Shown: positions 28,357-39,129 of the stretch, one piece after another | Position numbering within the stretch: position 1 is the stretch's first letter | How the letters are laid out: each line of letters begins with the position of its first letter | DNA from: Minisyncoccota bacterium | Lineage (GTDB): Bacteria; Patescibacteriota; Minisyncoccia; Phycocordibacterales; JACRKE01 | Direction of reading: 5' to 3' | DNA: 64,000 bases | NCBI GenBank assembly: GCA_041660505.1 | Contig: JBAZWG010000001.1 | Location: 23,758 to 87,757, forward strand | Translations under genes and position numbers: made by a program | The notes under the pieces: model-generated | What the model was told of the DNA's origin: nothing | Database searches by the model: none | The model's input: only the letters and a program-made list of their open reading frames with translations

Positions 28357-30588
28357 TTAATTCAACTTCAACCGTTTAAGCAACAGCGAGTTGCTCACCA
28401 CCGAGACACTGGATAGTGCCATGGCGACTGAGGCGAAGATGGGGTTCATCACTATATGCCAGACTGGGAAGAGAACGCCCATTGCTACGGGTATCAAGAT
28501 GATGTTGTAACCGAAAGCCCAAAATAAATTCAGCTTGATGGTGCGCATCGTACGCTTGGAGAGTTTGATAGCGCCAGCGACCGATGACAAGTCTTTATTA
28601 ATGAGTGTGATATCGGCGGCCTCTATCGCCACATCGGTACCTGTACCCATCGCGATGCCGACGTCGGCCGCGGCGAGCGCCGGTGCATCATTGATGCCGT
28701 CACCAACCATTGCGACCACCTTTCCTTCTGCTTGGATCTTCCTAACTTGACTCTCCTTCTCGGCCGGCATGACTTGGGCGAGAATCCTCGTAATACCAAC
28801 TCTTGCGCCAATAGCCTTGGCTGTGCGCTCGTTGTCGCCCGTGATCATCACCGGCTCAATTCCCAGAGATATGAGCCGCTTGACCCCCTCTACTGCACTC
28901 TCTTTGATGGTATCGGCTACGGCAATCATACCCGCAAGCTCGCCTTCTACGGCAATGAGCATGACTGTCTTGCCTTCGCTCTCGAGCTTCTCGATCTGTG
29001 CCGTAATGCTCTGCACCTCGATATTCTGGCTTTGCATCAAGCGCGTATTGCCGAAGTAGACAGCCTTGCCATCCACCTTACCATAGACGCCTTGCCCGGC
29101 TATTGCTTTGAAGTTCTCAACTCTGCCAATAAGTAATTTCTCTGCGTCAGCTTTGTTCATAATACTTTCTGCAAGTGAATGTTCAGAACCTTTCTCGACA
29201 GAGGCGGCGAGTTGTAAAATTTCTTTTTCTTTAATATCGCCTAACGCAATAATTTCTGTCACTTCCGGTTTGCCTTTCGTTAACGTGCCGGTCTTGTCGA
29301 ATATCACGACGTTCACTTTGTGCGCGGTCTCTAGACTTTCTGCATCTTTAATAAGTATGCCGTATTCTGCGCCTTTGCCGGTGCCCACCATTATCGCTGT
29401 CGGCGTCGCCAAGCCCATCGCGCACGGGCAAGCAATAATAAGCACGGCTATCGTATTGAGTATCGCATAAAGCAACGCCGGTGCTGGGCCGAAGACATAC
29501 CAAGCAACGAACGTAATTACAGCAAGCATCATCACGATAGGCACGAAGTATGATGAGACCAAGTCAGCAATGCGCTGGATTGGCGCCTTACTCCCCTGTG
29601 CTTCTTCCACCAGCTTGATGATTTGCGCGAGCAACGTGTCAGAGCCGACCTTAGTCGCTGTGAACGTAAACGTACCTGATTTATTTATCGTCGCACCGAT
29701 GACCGTATCACCTTTTGATTTATCAGTCGGGATACTCTCGCCGGTGACCATCGACTCGTCTATTGATGACTCGCCATCAATAATCGTGCCGTCGACCGGG
29801 ACTTTCTCGCCGGGACGGACACGAATGATGTCGCCGATGACTACTTCTGCAATCGGAATGTCTAACTCTTTATCACCCCGAAGAACACGGGCGGTGCGAG
29901 CTTGTAACCCTATTAATTTCTTTATAGCTTCTGAAGTTCCAGCCTTCGCTCGAGCTTCAAAATATCTGCCGAGCAATATCAGGCCTATAATAATTGTCGC
30001 GACGTCGAAGTAAGGCATTGGCTCTATGCCTACAGACTGCACCACTTGCGGCGCCACTACAACGAATACCGAATAAAGATACGCGACAGAAGTACCGAGC
30101 GCGACGAGCGTATCCATATTGGCTGTGCGATGCTTAAATGCAGGAATAGTGGCACGGTAGAAAGTAAATCCTGCCCAGAACTGCACCGGTGTTGCAAGTA
30201 AAAGTTGGAACCAGAAATTCTTGAGCAATTCGGGAGCAGTCTCCATCAGCCCAGGGAAGCTGCCCCAGAGCACAAGAGCGCCGAGCACCAAGCTCACAGT
30301 GACGCGAATAAGCAGAGCGCTAAGTTCGCGCTGTTTCTCCAGCTTCTGCTCATCGTCAGTTTGCACGATACTATTAAGTACAGCTTCGTAGCCAACGTTT
30401 GCAACCGCGCCGGCCAGATGTTCGTCGGTAACTATTGCAGAGTCGTAGGTGACCGTAGCCTTGGTATTCGCCAAATTAACATTGGCCGATTCTACGCCCG
30501 GCACCTTCTTGAGCGCGTCTTCTATAATGAGTACGCACGAGGCGCAGTGCATTCCCTTAAGTGGAAAAGTCTTCTTGGTAGTAGCCAT
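28357..30588 (-). CDS. copA: Copper-translocating P1B-type ATPase
   Basis: [14 protein letters not shown] motif ([10 protein letters not shown]). DKTGTLT phosphorylation site. [10 protein letters not shown]. Confidence 0.95.
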   Translation of the reverse strand: MATTKKTFPLKGMHCASCVLIIEDALKKVPGVESANVNLANTKATVTYDSAIVTDEHLAGAVANVGYEAVLNSIVQTDDEQKLEKQRELSALLIRVTVSLVLGALVLWGSFPGLMETAPELLKNFWFQLLLATPVQFWAGFTFYRATIPAFKHRTANMDTLVALGTSVAYLYSVFVVVAPQVVQSVGIEPMPYFDVATIIIGLILLGRYFEARAKAGTSEAIKKLIGLQARTARVLRGDKELDIPIAEVVIGDIIRVRPGEKVPVDGTIIDGESSIDESMVTGESIPTDKSKGDTVIGATINKSGTFTFTATKVGSDTLLAQIIKLVEEAQGSKAPIQRIADLVSSYFVPIVMMLAVITFVAWYVFGPAPALLYAILNTIAVLIIACPCAMGLATPTAIMVGTGKGAEYGILIKDAESLETAHKVNVVIFDKTGTLTKGKPEVTEIIALGDIKEKEILQLAASVEKGSEHSLAESIMNKADAEKLLIGRVENFKAIAGQGVYGKVDGKAVYFGNTRLMQSQNIEVQSITAQIEKLESEGKTVMLIAVEGELAGMIAVADTIKESAVEGVKRLISLGIEPVMITGDNERTAKAIGARVGITRILAQVMPAEKESQVRKIQAEGKVVAMVGDGINDAPALAAADVGIAMGTGTDVAIEAADITLINKDLSSVAGAIKLSKRTMRTIKLNLFWAFGYNIILIPVAMGVLFPVWHIVMNPIFASVAMALSSVSVVSNSLLLKRLKLN

Positions 30589-30590
30589 AT

Positions 30591-30956
30591 CTATTCGACA
30601 ATTATTTTACCTTTATACATATTCATCCCGCACGAGTAGACGAATGTACCCTTCTTTTTCGGTGTTATCTCGATAGAGACCTTTTGATTCAAGGGCAAAG
30701 TCTTGCGCACGTTAAAGTCGCCAAGCACCACTTCTTCCAAGCATGATGTCGGATCTGTGCGCGTGAAGTCGAGCGTGGTCGTTTTATCCAACGGAATTTT
30801 TACCACCTCCGGCGTATAACCGCCATCGACTTTAATTTCTATTGCGCCAGATGTGGCACTTACTGCTTGCTCGTTTTTTTTACCAAGGAAGAATTTATAG
30901 ACCGCACCGATAACAACAATCCCGCCAATCACTATTGCGATTTTATCTGGAGTCAT
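30591..30956 (-). CDS. Cupredoxin-like small protein, putative copper-binding (TM-anchored)
   Basis: N-terminal TM. C-terminal [17 protein letters not shown] motif, also present at the C-terminus of the neighbouring 458-aa protein (FMCSMGMYRGSIEVIE). Confidence 0.5.
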   Translation of the reverse strand: MTPDKIAIVIGGIVVIGAVYKFFLGKKNEQAVSATSGAIEIKVDGGYTPEVVKIPLDKTTTLDFTRTDPTSCLEEVVLGDFNVRKTLPLNQKVSIEITPKKKGTFVYSCGMNMYKGKIIVE

Positions 30957-30973
30957 AATTATGTATTTTTTAA

Positions 30974-32350
30974 CTATTCAATGACTTCAATGCTACCACG
31001 ATACATACCCATTGAACACATAAACGGTATTGTTCCTGTCTTGGTCGGCGTGAATTCCGCAATATTTTCTCCTTCTTTAAGTAACCCTCTGATACCGAGA
31101 CTCGGCACGATGAATGACGCGGCGCAGGAGTACGGGAACGTGGCGTTAATAATCCAGCGCACCGGAATTCCTTTCTTCACTACCAGATTATTAGGCACAT
31201 AGCCAGAACGTTCCTCGTTCATTCTTAATATCTGTATCTGTTTGCCGTTCTCTGTGATAATCTCTGCCGAAGTTGCCGAGGTCGAACCTCGGTTATCCAC
31301 AGGCCAGACAATCTTTGGCAAAGTGATATTAATTCCATTCTGCGCCAAGCCGTTACTTATACTTAAGAAGCCGAAGATGATGACCGCGATGCCGGCAATA
31401 CGGAAGAAGTATCTGCCGACTACACCTTTTACATAAGCCGAGAGCCAGCCGATACCCATAAGCATCGGTAACGTCCCAAGCGCGAATATGCCCATTATCA
31501 ATGCACCTTGCACAAAGCTTCCGGTACTAACAGCATAGAGCTGCATTGCTTGTGTGAACCCGCAAGGTAGGAAGAACGTCGCTGCACCCATGAGAAATGC
31601 TCCGGTGTGTGAATATTCTTTTCCGTCTCTGTGAATACCAAGCATTTTACTGATTCGTTTTGGCATAAAGGCGATCCCGCCTGATATGCGCGGGAAGATT
31701 CCAACAAGTGAGAGGCCAAGCACAAACATAACAATACCGACAACGATTGTGATGCCGCCAAGCAGGCTTTGCGACAATAAGAATACCGAGCCGAGGTAGC
31801 CGATAACTCCGCCAAGCAGTGTGTAAGAAATAATTCTGCCAAGGTTGAAGAAGATATGCGGGCGGAAGTTCTGGAGCGAGGTCGCTTCGGGGTGCGCCAC
31901 AGCGTGCTCGGCAGATAAGCCAAGCACAAGCCCGCCAACAAGCGCCATGCATGACGAGATACCGGCGGTTAGGCCAATTATCAGCACTGTGAGCAACGAC
32001 GCATTACCCTCATCCTTTATGGCGACATCAAGCAGGCCGGTCGTGGAGAGTACTGCGTAGAGCAACAAGACAATAGCGCCAGAGGCGGCCAGCTCGGCAT
32101 AGTCCATCGGATTATTCGAGAGCCACAACTTGGAAGCAGAGCGTCCAAGTGAATATCCTGCAGATTTTACAGCCTCCTCAACAACAGTCATATCCAGATT
32201 CTCACCGTCATAGGCAATCTGACAGACACCAGTTTTGTGACTGATGTGTATGTTATGGATGTTCTGTATAGCGCGCAGCTTATTCTCGATAAGCACTTCG
32301 CACGATTTGCAGTGCATCCCCTTAATTGAGATGGTATGTGTGTTATTCAT
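30974..32350 (-). CDS. HMA-domain membrane permease (DsbD/TauE-like TM core) with C-terminal cupredoxin-like domain
   Basis: N-terminal GMHCKSCEVLIE heavy-metal-associated motif. About 8 TM helices with conserved Cys (SSCMALVGG, LPCGFTQAM). C-terminal CSMGMY motif. Confidence 0.75.
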   Translation of the reverse strand: MNNTHTISIKGMHCKSCEVLIENKLRAIQNIHNIHISHKTGVCQIAYDGENLDMTVVEEAVKSAGYSLGRSASKLWLSNNPMDYAELAASGAIVLLLYAVLSTTGLLDVAIKDEGNASLLTVLIIGLTAGISSCMALVGGLVLGLSAEHAVAHPEATSLQNFRPHIFFNLGRIISYTLLGGVIGYLGSVFLLSQSLLGGITIVVGIVMFVLGLSLVGIFPRISGGIAFMPKRISKMLGIHRDGKEYSHTGAFLMGAATFFLPCGFTQAMQLYAVSTGSFVQGALIMGIFALGTLPMLMGIGWLSAYVKGVVGRYFFRIAGIAVIIFGFLSISNGLAQNGINITLPKIVWPVDNRGSTSATSAEIITENGKQIQILRMNEERSGYVPNNLVVKKGIPVRWIINATFPYSCAASFIVPSLGIRGLLKEGENIAEFTPTKTGTIPFMCSMGMYRGSIEVIE

Positions 32351-32379
32351 TAAGCTTAACTCTGATGTGTTCGGACTGT

Positions 32380-32640
32380 TTATTTTTTAAGCAGGCTGGA
32401 ATTGTGCATCCAGACGTAATACCAAGCGAATATCCATGACACTATAAACACAAACCCTGCCCCCCAGACGATACTCGTAGGGTCACCCCAGGTGAAACCG
32501 GGGATAAGCTCGAATAGCGAATTATGCAGGGCTAGTGCGCTACCAGTGAGAAGGCTTGCATATGCCATACATGCGAAATACACTACCTCGCCACCCAACA
32601 CACACTTCCACCCGTACGACTTAAGAGACAATTTGTCCAT
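32380..32640 (-). CDS. Small membrane protein (hypothetical)
   Basis: 86 aa, two TM segments, Trp-rich C-terminus. Confidence 0.4.
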   Translation of the reverse strand: MDKLSLKSYGWKCVLGGEVVYFACMAYASLLTGSALALHNSLFELIPGFTWGDPTSIVWGAGFVFIVSWIFAWYYVWMHNSSLLKK

Positions 32641-32715
32641 ATTTGATGTTAGCTTTATTAATTTCTAGATTATACATCACAACCGTGATGGCAAAAAGCT
32701 GGCTATTAACAATAT

Positions 32716-33051
32716 CTATCTCATCATTTCGCCCATCGATGCACTTGCACCTGATGCCTCGGTATTTTCCTTCACATATTTCGCACTTAAGACTTCCGTA
32801 TCCTTACCCATACTTGTTAGCTTCTCATCTTTATACTTCGCTCCGGCCTCTTGCATCATCAAGCCGTCGTCCTTCATCATCTTACTCATCTCTCTTATGC
32901 TTGCCGTTTGTTTTTTCATCATTGAGACTGCTTCGGCCAACTTTTTGTTCTGTGCGTTTGTGTCTAGCATTTGATTGGCCGAGACATATCCGACAACACC
33001 GCCAATGAGTAATGCGATAACCATACCAATACTTGCTGTTTGCGTGTTCAT
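32716..33051 (-). CDS. Met-rich TM-anchored protein, candidate Cu(I)-binding
   Basis: 111 aa, about 13% Met (MMKKQ, MSKMMKDDGLMM, MGEMMR). N-terminal TM. Sits between RND and metal genes. Confidence 0.5.
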   Translation of the reverse strand: MNTQTASIGMVIALLIGGVVGYVSANQMLDTNAQNKKLAEAVSMMKKQTASIREMSKMMKDDGLMMQEAGAKYKDEKLTSMGKDTEVLSAKYVKENTEASGASASMGEMMR

Positions 33052-33087
33052 GATATATTTTTAGAACTAATAAACTTGCTAATAAAT

Positions 33088-36000
33088 TTAGAACCCGGAT
33101 TCATTCTCATTCACCTTCAATGCCGCTTTCCTGCCGAACTTGTAGAACAAGGCCGGGGTTAAGAAAAGCGAAATAATAGTCGACGAAACCAAACCACCAA
33201 AGATAACAACTGCAAGCGGGTGGAGCATCTCCTTGCCCGGCTCGCCACCGCCGACGATGAGCGGTATCAGTGCGAGCGCCGTCACCAAGGACGTCATAAG
33301 CACCGGTACAACACGATCGAGCGTGGCCCTTACTATTGTCTCCGGAGTAAACGGTAATCCCTCTTTCTGCACCAGTGTAAGCGCTCTGCCGATAAGCATG
33401 ATGCCATTTCGGGACACAATACCAGCAAGCGAGATAAAGCCGACCATATGGGCCAGATTGACCGACCCGCCCGTGAGCCAAATACCAGCCATTCCGCCGA
33501 TAAGCACAGTCGGAATGTTGGTCATAACGAGCAAGGTAATCGGCACCGAGCGAAAGGCATGGAATAGTACGCCGAAGATCATAATGACCCCCAGTACGAA
33601 CACTATCGCAAGTCTCTCTGAACTTTCCTTCTGACTTTTATAATTACCTTCGAAGGAAAGTGTGACGCCGAGCGGAAGCTTCTTGGACTCCACTGCCGAC
33701 TTCGCTGCACCGACGGCACCCACCACATCGCTCCCCTGATAATTAGCCGAGACGATAAGCACGCGCTTACCAGCCTCGTGGTCTAGACTATTACGGCCAC
33801 CCTCAATCCTTATGTCGCCGATATCACCGACGGACTCGACACCCATAAACGGGAGCGAGAGGTCGCGGAGAGACGCCATTGCGCCCTTAGACTCCGGGTC
33901 GAAATAGGCAACGACATTTACCGATGCGGGGCCGAGGCGGACTTGGCCGAGCTTATCGCCCATGAGACCCATCTCGAGATCGTTCGCTACTTTACCGGAT
34001 GAGAGACCATAATCAGCGAGCCGATTGCGATCGACATAAATGCGGAACTCCGGCACAACTGCGTTCTGTTGGATACGTGCGTTGGAGATACCTTTCTGCT
34101 TCTTGAGCTCCGACACGACTCGATTGGCCGCTTGCTCCATAAGAGCTGGATCATCACCGAATACTTTAACTACGATAGGCGCGCGGACACCGGAGAGAAG
34201 CATTTCCACACGGTGTGTAATCGGCTGACCAAGACTGAAGTCCGCTCCGGCAAGCCTATCGAGCACGGCTTGGATTTGCCGGAATATTCGTTCATGCTCG
34301 CCCTCGTAGCCGGGCTTAATGGCTATCTGCACCTCGCTCGTGTTGGCACTGCCGCCGTGTGGATCGGCCGGCGCACGGCCGGCGATATTGCTTACCTGCC
34401 TGATACCTTTGATTTGCAATATTTTCGACTCAAGCCTCGTGACGTATTCATTGGTCGTAGAGAGCGCCGTGCCGGGCGGGAGATAGACCATCGCGACCAT
34501 CGAACCCTCGTTGAATGGAGGGATACCCTCCTTACCTGCCAGCGCATACAGCCCGACCGTCAGCACAAGTGCAACGAGTGTAGCATTGCCGATGATTTTG
34601 ACATTCGTGACGCACCAGTGTATCCACGGCGTTATCTTCGCTTTAATTTTCTGCACGATCTTCGTTTCTTGTTCATGACCCTTGAGCGATTTGTCGTTCA
34701 AGAGAAGTGCCGACAGAACCGGCGTTACTGTTAAGGAAACAGCCATCGAGGCAAAAAGCGAAACGAGATAGGCTGAACCAAGCGCAATAATCAATTTGCC
34801 TTCTATCCCCGGCAAAAAGAATATCGGTAGGAATACTACAGCAACAAGCACGGTTGCGTACACAATGGAATTACGCACCTCCTTTGATGCCGACAATACG
34901 ATACTTTCTCGCAATTCCTTTTTGTCGCCCTTCATCCAATCGCGCAGACGATGGTAGATATTTTCGATGTCGACGATAGCATCGTCAACGAGTTCGCCCA
35001 CCGCAACCGCAATACCGCCCAGAGTCATCACGTTCACGGATAGCCCGAACGATTTAAAGACGATTGCCGTCGCAAGGATCGAGAGCGGGATTGCTGTGAG
35101 CGTAATAAGCGTCGTGCGTACATTCATCAGAAAGATTATCAGAATAATGATAACGAGTATCGTACCATCGCGCAGGGCATCTTCTACATTCTGCAATCCG
35201 GCACGAATAAAGTTCTCTTGTCTGAAGAGATTGGGGTGTAATTCTATACCGGCCGGCAAGCTTGGCTTGAGCGAGGCGAATGTGGAATTAATGGCGTCCG
35301 TAACGGTAATTGTTTGCGCATCCGGCTGGCGAATAATGCGAAGTATCACGCCCGCTTTGCCATCGATAGCACCGCTCCCGCGGATAGGGCTTGCCCCTTC
35401 GACAATCGAAGCGATGTCGCCGAGACGCACCGCGGCTCCATTCATACCGCTCTTGCCGATTGCGATTTCTTGCAAATCGGCAACGACTGACGGTGCGGTC
35501 AGAATTCTGATAGCGTATTCTTTTTCATCCTCAATAATCACACCGCCGCTTCGATTGACGAGCATCGTCGACACGTTATCGCGAATTGCATCGAACATAA
35601 GGCCGTAGCGACGCATGCGTTCGGCGTTTACATTGATTTGCCATTCGCGCACTTCTCCGCCCATCACCAATACGTTCGCGACTCCGGGCGTTTTGAGTAG
35701 TGCCGGCCTTATTGTCCAATCGGCCAAGGTACGGAGTTCCATCGGAGATATTTTCTCATCCGGCGAACTCACACCTACCCACATTATTTCTCCTAGGAGC
35801 GATGTCGATGGTCCAAGTGTCGGCTTCACGTTAACCGGTAGAAGTGCTTGCGCCAAGCGCTCTTGTACCACCTGCCTGTTGCGTAGAGTGTCGCTCCCCC
35901 ACGCAAACTCGATGTTTACCGTGGCTTGCGAATATGAGGCGTTACCCGTCAGGCGCTCCACGCCTGGCGTACCGGTAAGCACGGATTCTATCGGATTCAG

Positions 36001-36195
36001 GATACTGCGCTCCACTTCTTCTGCCGCCATCCCCGTACTCTCGGCGAATATCGTTACCGTCGGCTTATTGATATCGGGCAAAATATCAACCTTCATCGTG
36101 GCAATGCTGTAGACACCGGCAAGCGTCATCGTTCCGGCCAGCACGAGTACGGTTATCTTATTGTTGAGCGACCAGGAAATAATTTTATTGAACAT
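33088..36195 (-). CDS. RND-superfamily efflux pump (CusA/CzcA-like heavy-metal or AcrB-like)
   Basis: 1035 aa. 12-TM and two large periplasmic loops with typical RND architecture. Context suggests the HME type. Confidence 0.9.
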   Translation of the reverse strand: MFNKIISWSLNNKITVLVLAGTMTLAGVYSIATMKVDILPDINKPTVTIFAESTGMAAEEVERSILNPIESVLTGTPGVERLTGNASYSQATVNIEFAWGSDTLRNRQVVQERLAQALLPVNVKPTLGPSTSLLGEIMWVGVSSPDEKISPMELRTLADWTIRPALLKTPGVANVLVMGGEVREWQINVNAERMRRYGLMFDAIRDNVSTMLVNRSGGVIIEDEKEYAIRILTAPSVVADLQEIAIGKSGMNGAAVRLGDIASIVEGASPIRGSGAIDGKAGVILRIIRQPDAQTITVTDAINSTFASLKPSLPAGIELHPNLFRQENFIRAGLQNVEDALRDGTILVIIILIIFLMNVRTTLITLTAIPLSILATAIVFKSFGLSVNVMTLGGIAVAVGELVDDAIVDIENIYHRLRDWMKGDKKELRESIVLSASKEVRNSIVYATVLVAVVFLPIFFLPGIEGKLIIALGSAYLVSLFASMAVSLTVTPVLSALLLNDKSLKGHEQETKIVQKIKAKITPWIHWCVTNVKIIGNATLVALVLTVGLYALAGKEGIPPFNEGSMVAMVYLPPGTALSTTNEYVTRLESKILQIKGIRQVSNIAGRAPADPHGGSANTSEVQIAIKPGYEGEHERIFRQIQAVLDRLAGADFSLGQPITHRVEMLLSGVRAPIVVKVFGDDPALMEQAANRVVSELKKQKGISNARIQQNAVVPEFRIYVDRNRLADYGLSSGKVANDLEMGLMGDKLGQVRLGPASVNVVAYFDPESKGAMASLRDLSLPFMGVESVGDIGDIRIEGGRNSLDHEAGKRVLIVSANYQGSDVVGAVGAAKSAVESKKLPLGVTLSFEGNYKSQKESSERLAIVFVLGVIMIFGVLFHAFRSVPITLLVMTNIPTVLIGGMAGIWLTGGSVNLAHMVGFISLAGIVSRNGIMLIGRALTLVQKEGLPFTPETIVRATLDRVVPVLMTSLVTALALIPLIVGGGEPGKEMLHPLAVVIFGGLVSSTIISLFLTPALFYKFGRKAALKVNENESGF

Positions 36196-36227
36196 AATTT
36201 TGAGTTTTAAGGTTCAACCTTTACCAG

Positions 36228-37958
36228 TTACATTCCTGGCATATTGTCATGCTCGCCCGACTTCGGCTGAGCAGTCTCACCTTCAGCGCTCGGCATACCG
36301 GCCGGCGCAATTTCTTCAAGCAACATATCCTCGCGTATCTCCGGTGTTGGCTTCAATATATATCGGTCGCCTATCGCGAGTCCGTCATACACCTCAATCT
36401 GTGCACCGAGCGTGCGGCCGATTGTTATTTTCCTCGCGAATATTCTGCCAGCTTCAGAAACAGCCCAGACTTGTGGCTCACCGGTGGAATTCCACCAAAC
36501 GGATGATGCTTTTATTATAATTCCGGTCGAATTATCCGGTGCAATAATTCTGACAGAGGCGTCTATCGGCCAAGCTATTTGCTCTGTAAATGAAGCGTCA
36601 GCCATATACATTCCACCGGAGTCAAGTGATGCGCCGACACCCGTGACTCGGACTTCCTTAACGTCTCGCGAGAATCCCGGGCGTACAACCTTCAACACCT
36701 CGCCGACTTTTGGCGTACGAATATTGCCCGGAATTCTGAATCGCACGAACGGTTGCGTTGATCCATTCGCCGACGTGATGCGCGCAATAGGCATACCCGG
36801 TCCGACGAACTCGCCGGCATTCTTATCGATGGTGGAAACAGTGCCCGACAAAGGCGCCTTTATATAGAGTCCGCCGCGAGAACCATTTTCAACAGCCGCA
36901 TATGAAGCCTCTGCCGCCTTAGCCTCGGCCTCCGACATCGCTAGCATTTTTTCATTCTCGGCAATTTTCTCTTCGATCATTTTACGATCATTTACCAACA
37001 TCCGCTTCTGTTCAAGGTTCATATTTTCGTATTCGGTTGCTTGCATACTGACGTCTGCCTCTGCGTCTTTGTATTTCGCTACCATAGCAAGAAACTCTGC
37101 TTGATCTTCTTTCATCATTGGGCGAATATCTTCGACACCTTCGCCAAAGACGCTGCTGTGTGCCATGCGCACGGCCGATGCCAGATACTGCGTGGCCTCA
37201 TCGAGAGGAAGCGACTGCGTGTCTTTTAGTGCGGTGATTAACCGAAAAAGATTGGTGTCTGCTGTATTCCGTGTCTCTTGGTCGAGCATGCCGTACGCAG
37301 CGTAAATACTGCCCCCACGATAGAGTGATGCAATGTGCGTATTGGTAATCGTGTTTACGTGCTCACTAACCATCTGATCGAGAAACGAGCGAATTTCACC
37401 ACGCATCGCTCGCACGGTATCCTTCGCCAGTTCTATCGAGTTATTTCCGGAGAGTAACGTATTTGAATCTACCCTCGATCGTTCGAGTGACGCAAGTTGC
37501 GTTTTGAGCTGTGCATTATTTTTCTCGACAAATTGCTTTGTCGTCTCCAACTGTGCACGCTTTTCTGTCAACATTTTCGCTTCTGTCGCAAGCATCGCCA
37601 CGAGCTCCGGCATCGCCGGGGGTTCCGAGAGCTTGGCAATCGGCTGGCCGGCATACACACTGTCTCCAATTTTTACCATCCACGAGACAATACTCCCATC
37701 GCGCGTCGGCTGTACCGGCACGGTTCCTAGGGACAATATTGTCCCTGACCAAGAATTCTGCGAAGAATTACCGCCCACGCCGGCATCATCGCCGACTGTG
37801 GCCACGATAGATTCGAAAGAAGGGGCGTCAGCCACGGTAGAATCCGCCTCCGCAACAGAAGCGCTCATATTACTGCCAACTTTAGCCAATCCTATTCCGA
37901 CAATACCGGCACCGAGAAACGTGATGACAATCCAAAAACCGATAAATTTTATTTTCAT
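36228..37958 (-). CDS. RND periplasmic adaptor (membrane fusion protein, HlyD/CusB-like)
   Basis: N-terminal TM. Long coiled-coil hairpin. Beta-barrel/lipoyl-like C-terminal (VGDSVYAGQPIAKL). Confidence 0.85.
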   Translation of the reverse strand: MKIKFIGFWIVITFLGAGIVGIGLAKVGSNMSASVAEADSTVADAPSFESIVATVGDDAGVGGNSSQNSWSGTILSLGTVPVQPTRDGSIVSWMVKIGDSVYAGQPIAKLSEPPAMPELVAMLATEAKMLTEKRAQLETTKQFVEKNNAQLKTQLASLERSRVDSNTLLSGNNSIELAKDTVRAMRGEIRSFLDQMVSEHVNTITNTHIASLYRGGSIYAAYGMLDQETRNTADTNLFRLITALKDTQSLPLDEATQYLASAVRMAHSSVFGEGVEDIRPMMKEDQAEFLAMVAKYKDAEADVSMQATEYENMNLEQKRMLVNDRKMIEEKIAENEKMLAMSEAEAKAAEASYAAVENGSRGGLYIKAPLSGTVSTIDKNAGEFVGPGMPIARITSANGSTQPFVRFRIPGNIRTPKVGEVLKVVRPGFSRDVKEVRVTGVGASLDSGGMYMADASFTEQIAWPIDASVRIIAPDNSTGIIIKASSVWWNSTGEPQVWAVSEAGRIFARKITIGRTLGAQIEVYDGLAIGDRYILKPTPEIREDMLLEEIAPAGMPSAEGETAQPKSGEHDNMPGM

Positions 37959-37984
37959 ACATACTAGCTAGCTGATAAAAGCGT

Positions 37985-38404
37985 CTAGTATTGTATGTGG
38001 GGCGTTATCTTGGAATTGATTATTCCGTCGCTGAATAATATAGAATACAAAAGTTGGAGCTCGGAAATTTTCTTAGATTGCCAACGTCTTATCTTGTGCG
38101 CGAGCAGAACGGTAAATCCTGCGGATAATTTGCGTATTGCTAAATAAAAAATATTTACAGCAACGAAGAATAAAAATATTTGAGTAGCATTAAAAAAAAT
38201 ACCGCGCCAAGCGTCCAGATGAGCGAACAGGCTTATTGGACATTCCGGGTTAACTGCGCCTATCGGGCATTCAGTGGACATCGTTGCGTTATCATTATGA
38301 AGCATAAAGAAGAATCCGAAAACGCCAAAGGCGACAAGCGCGCTTATTGCTAAAATAGCTATAATTCTCCTGCTTAATTCCGACATGTTGTCATTATACC
38401 ACAT
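37985..38404 (-). CDS. Membrane protein (hypothetical) upstream of the efflux genes
   Basis: 139 aa with TM segments and a CPIGAVNPECPIS Cys pair. Confidence 0.4.
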   Translation of the reverse strand: MWYNDNMSELSRRIIAILAISALVAFGVFGFFFMLHNDNATMSTECPIGAVNPECPISLFAHLDAWRGIFFNATQIFLFFVAVNIFYLAIRKLSAGFTVLLAHKIRRWQSKKISELQLLYSILFSDGIINSKITPHIQY

Positions 38405-38418
38405 TTGCAGATATTTTG

Positions 38419-39129
38419 TTAGCGCATCCCGCGTTCGTAGTTATATCCGCCCTCCGTTTTCGTAAATATGTTATCGCTATACTCGTAGACAAGCGGGGCG
38501 GCAAATGGCAGGTCTAGCAATGGGATTTTCTCATCGCTTATATTGTCGAGATGTTTTATCAGCGCTCGCATCGTATTGCCGTGGCTTACAACGAGTATCG
38601 TCTGACCGCGCTTAAGCCTAGGCAGTATTGAACTTGTAAAATACTCCATTACTCTTGTGTGCACATCCCTAAGGCTCTCGCCTTTTGGCGGAGTGGCTTC
38701 ATAACCTCGACGCCAGTCTCGCACCTGCTCTACACCATACATTTTCTCCGCCTCGTTTTTATTAATGCCTTGCAGGGCGCCATAGGCTCGCTCGTTCAAT
38801 GCGCGATTTGTATATATCGGTAGCAATTGCTTCTTATTCATCGCGAGCGGGCCGGTACGCACCATGCTGTACCAAGGATTCTTACCATGCTCGAATATTC
38901 CAAGCTTCCTTTGGCACGATAAGATTATAAGTAAAGTCTCGTGCGCTCTCTCGAGATGAGAGCTGAACGCAGAGTCGAATTCGAATTTTTTGCAAATCTC
39001 GGCAACTTCCTGCCCCTCTCTTATTCCATCGGCAGTTAAGGGTACATCAAGCCAACCTGTAAAGACGTTGAGTTTATTAAATGACGACTCGCCGTGTCTG
39101 ACGAGCACTAACGTTCCTTTTTTACTCAT
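38419..39129 (-). CDS. gpmA: 2,3-bisphosphoglycerate-dependent phosphoglycerate mutase
   Basis: LVRHGESSFNKLNVFTGWLDVPL histidine-phosphatase motif. 236 aa. Confidence 0.9.
   Translation of the reverse strand: MSKKGTLVLVRHGESSFNKLNVFTGWLDVPLTADGIREGQEVAEICKKFEFDSAFSSHLERAHETLLIILSCQRKLGIFEHGKNPWYSMVRTGPLAMNKKQLLPIYTNRALNERAYGALQGINKNEAEKMYGVEQVRDWRRGYEATPPKGESLRDVHTRVMEYFTSSILPRLKRGQTILVVSHGNTMRALIKHLDNISDEKIPLLDLPFAAPLVYEYSDNIFTKTEGGYNYERGMR

Noticed and set aside
28034-28360. Plus-strand 108-aa ORF opposite the 88-aa ORF
   Set aside because: A minus-strand terminator (28028-28056) and operon context downstream of copA favour the minus-strand ORF. The plus-strand translation is low-complexity.
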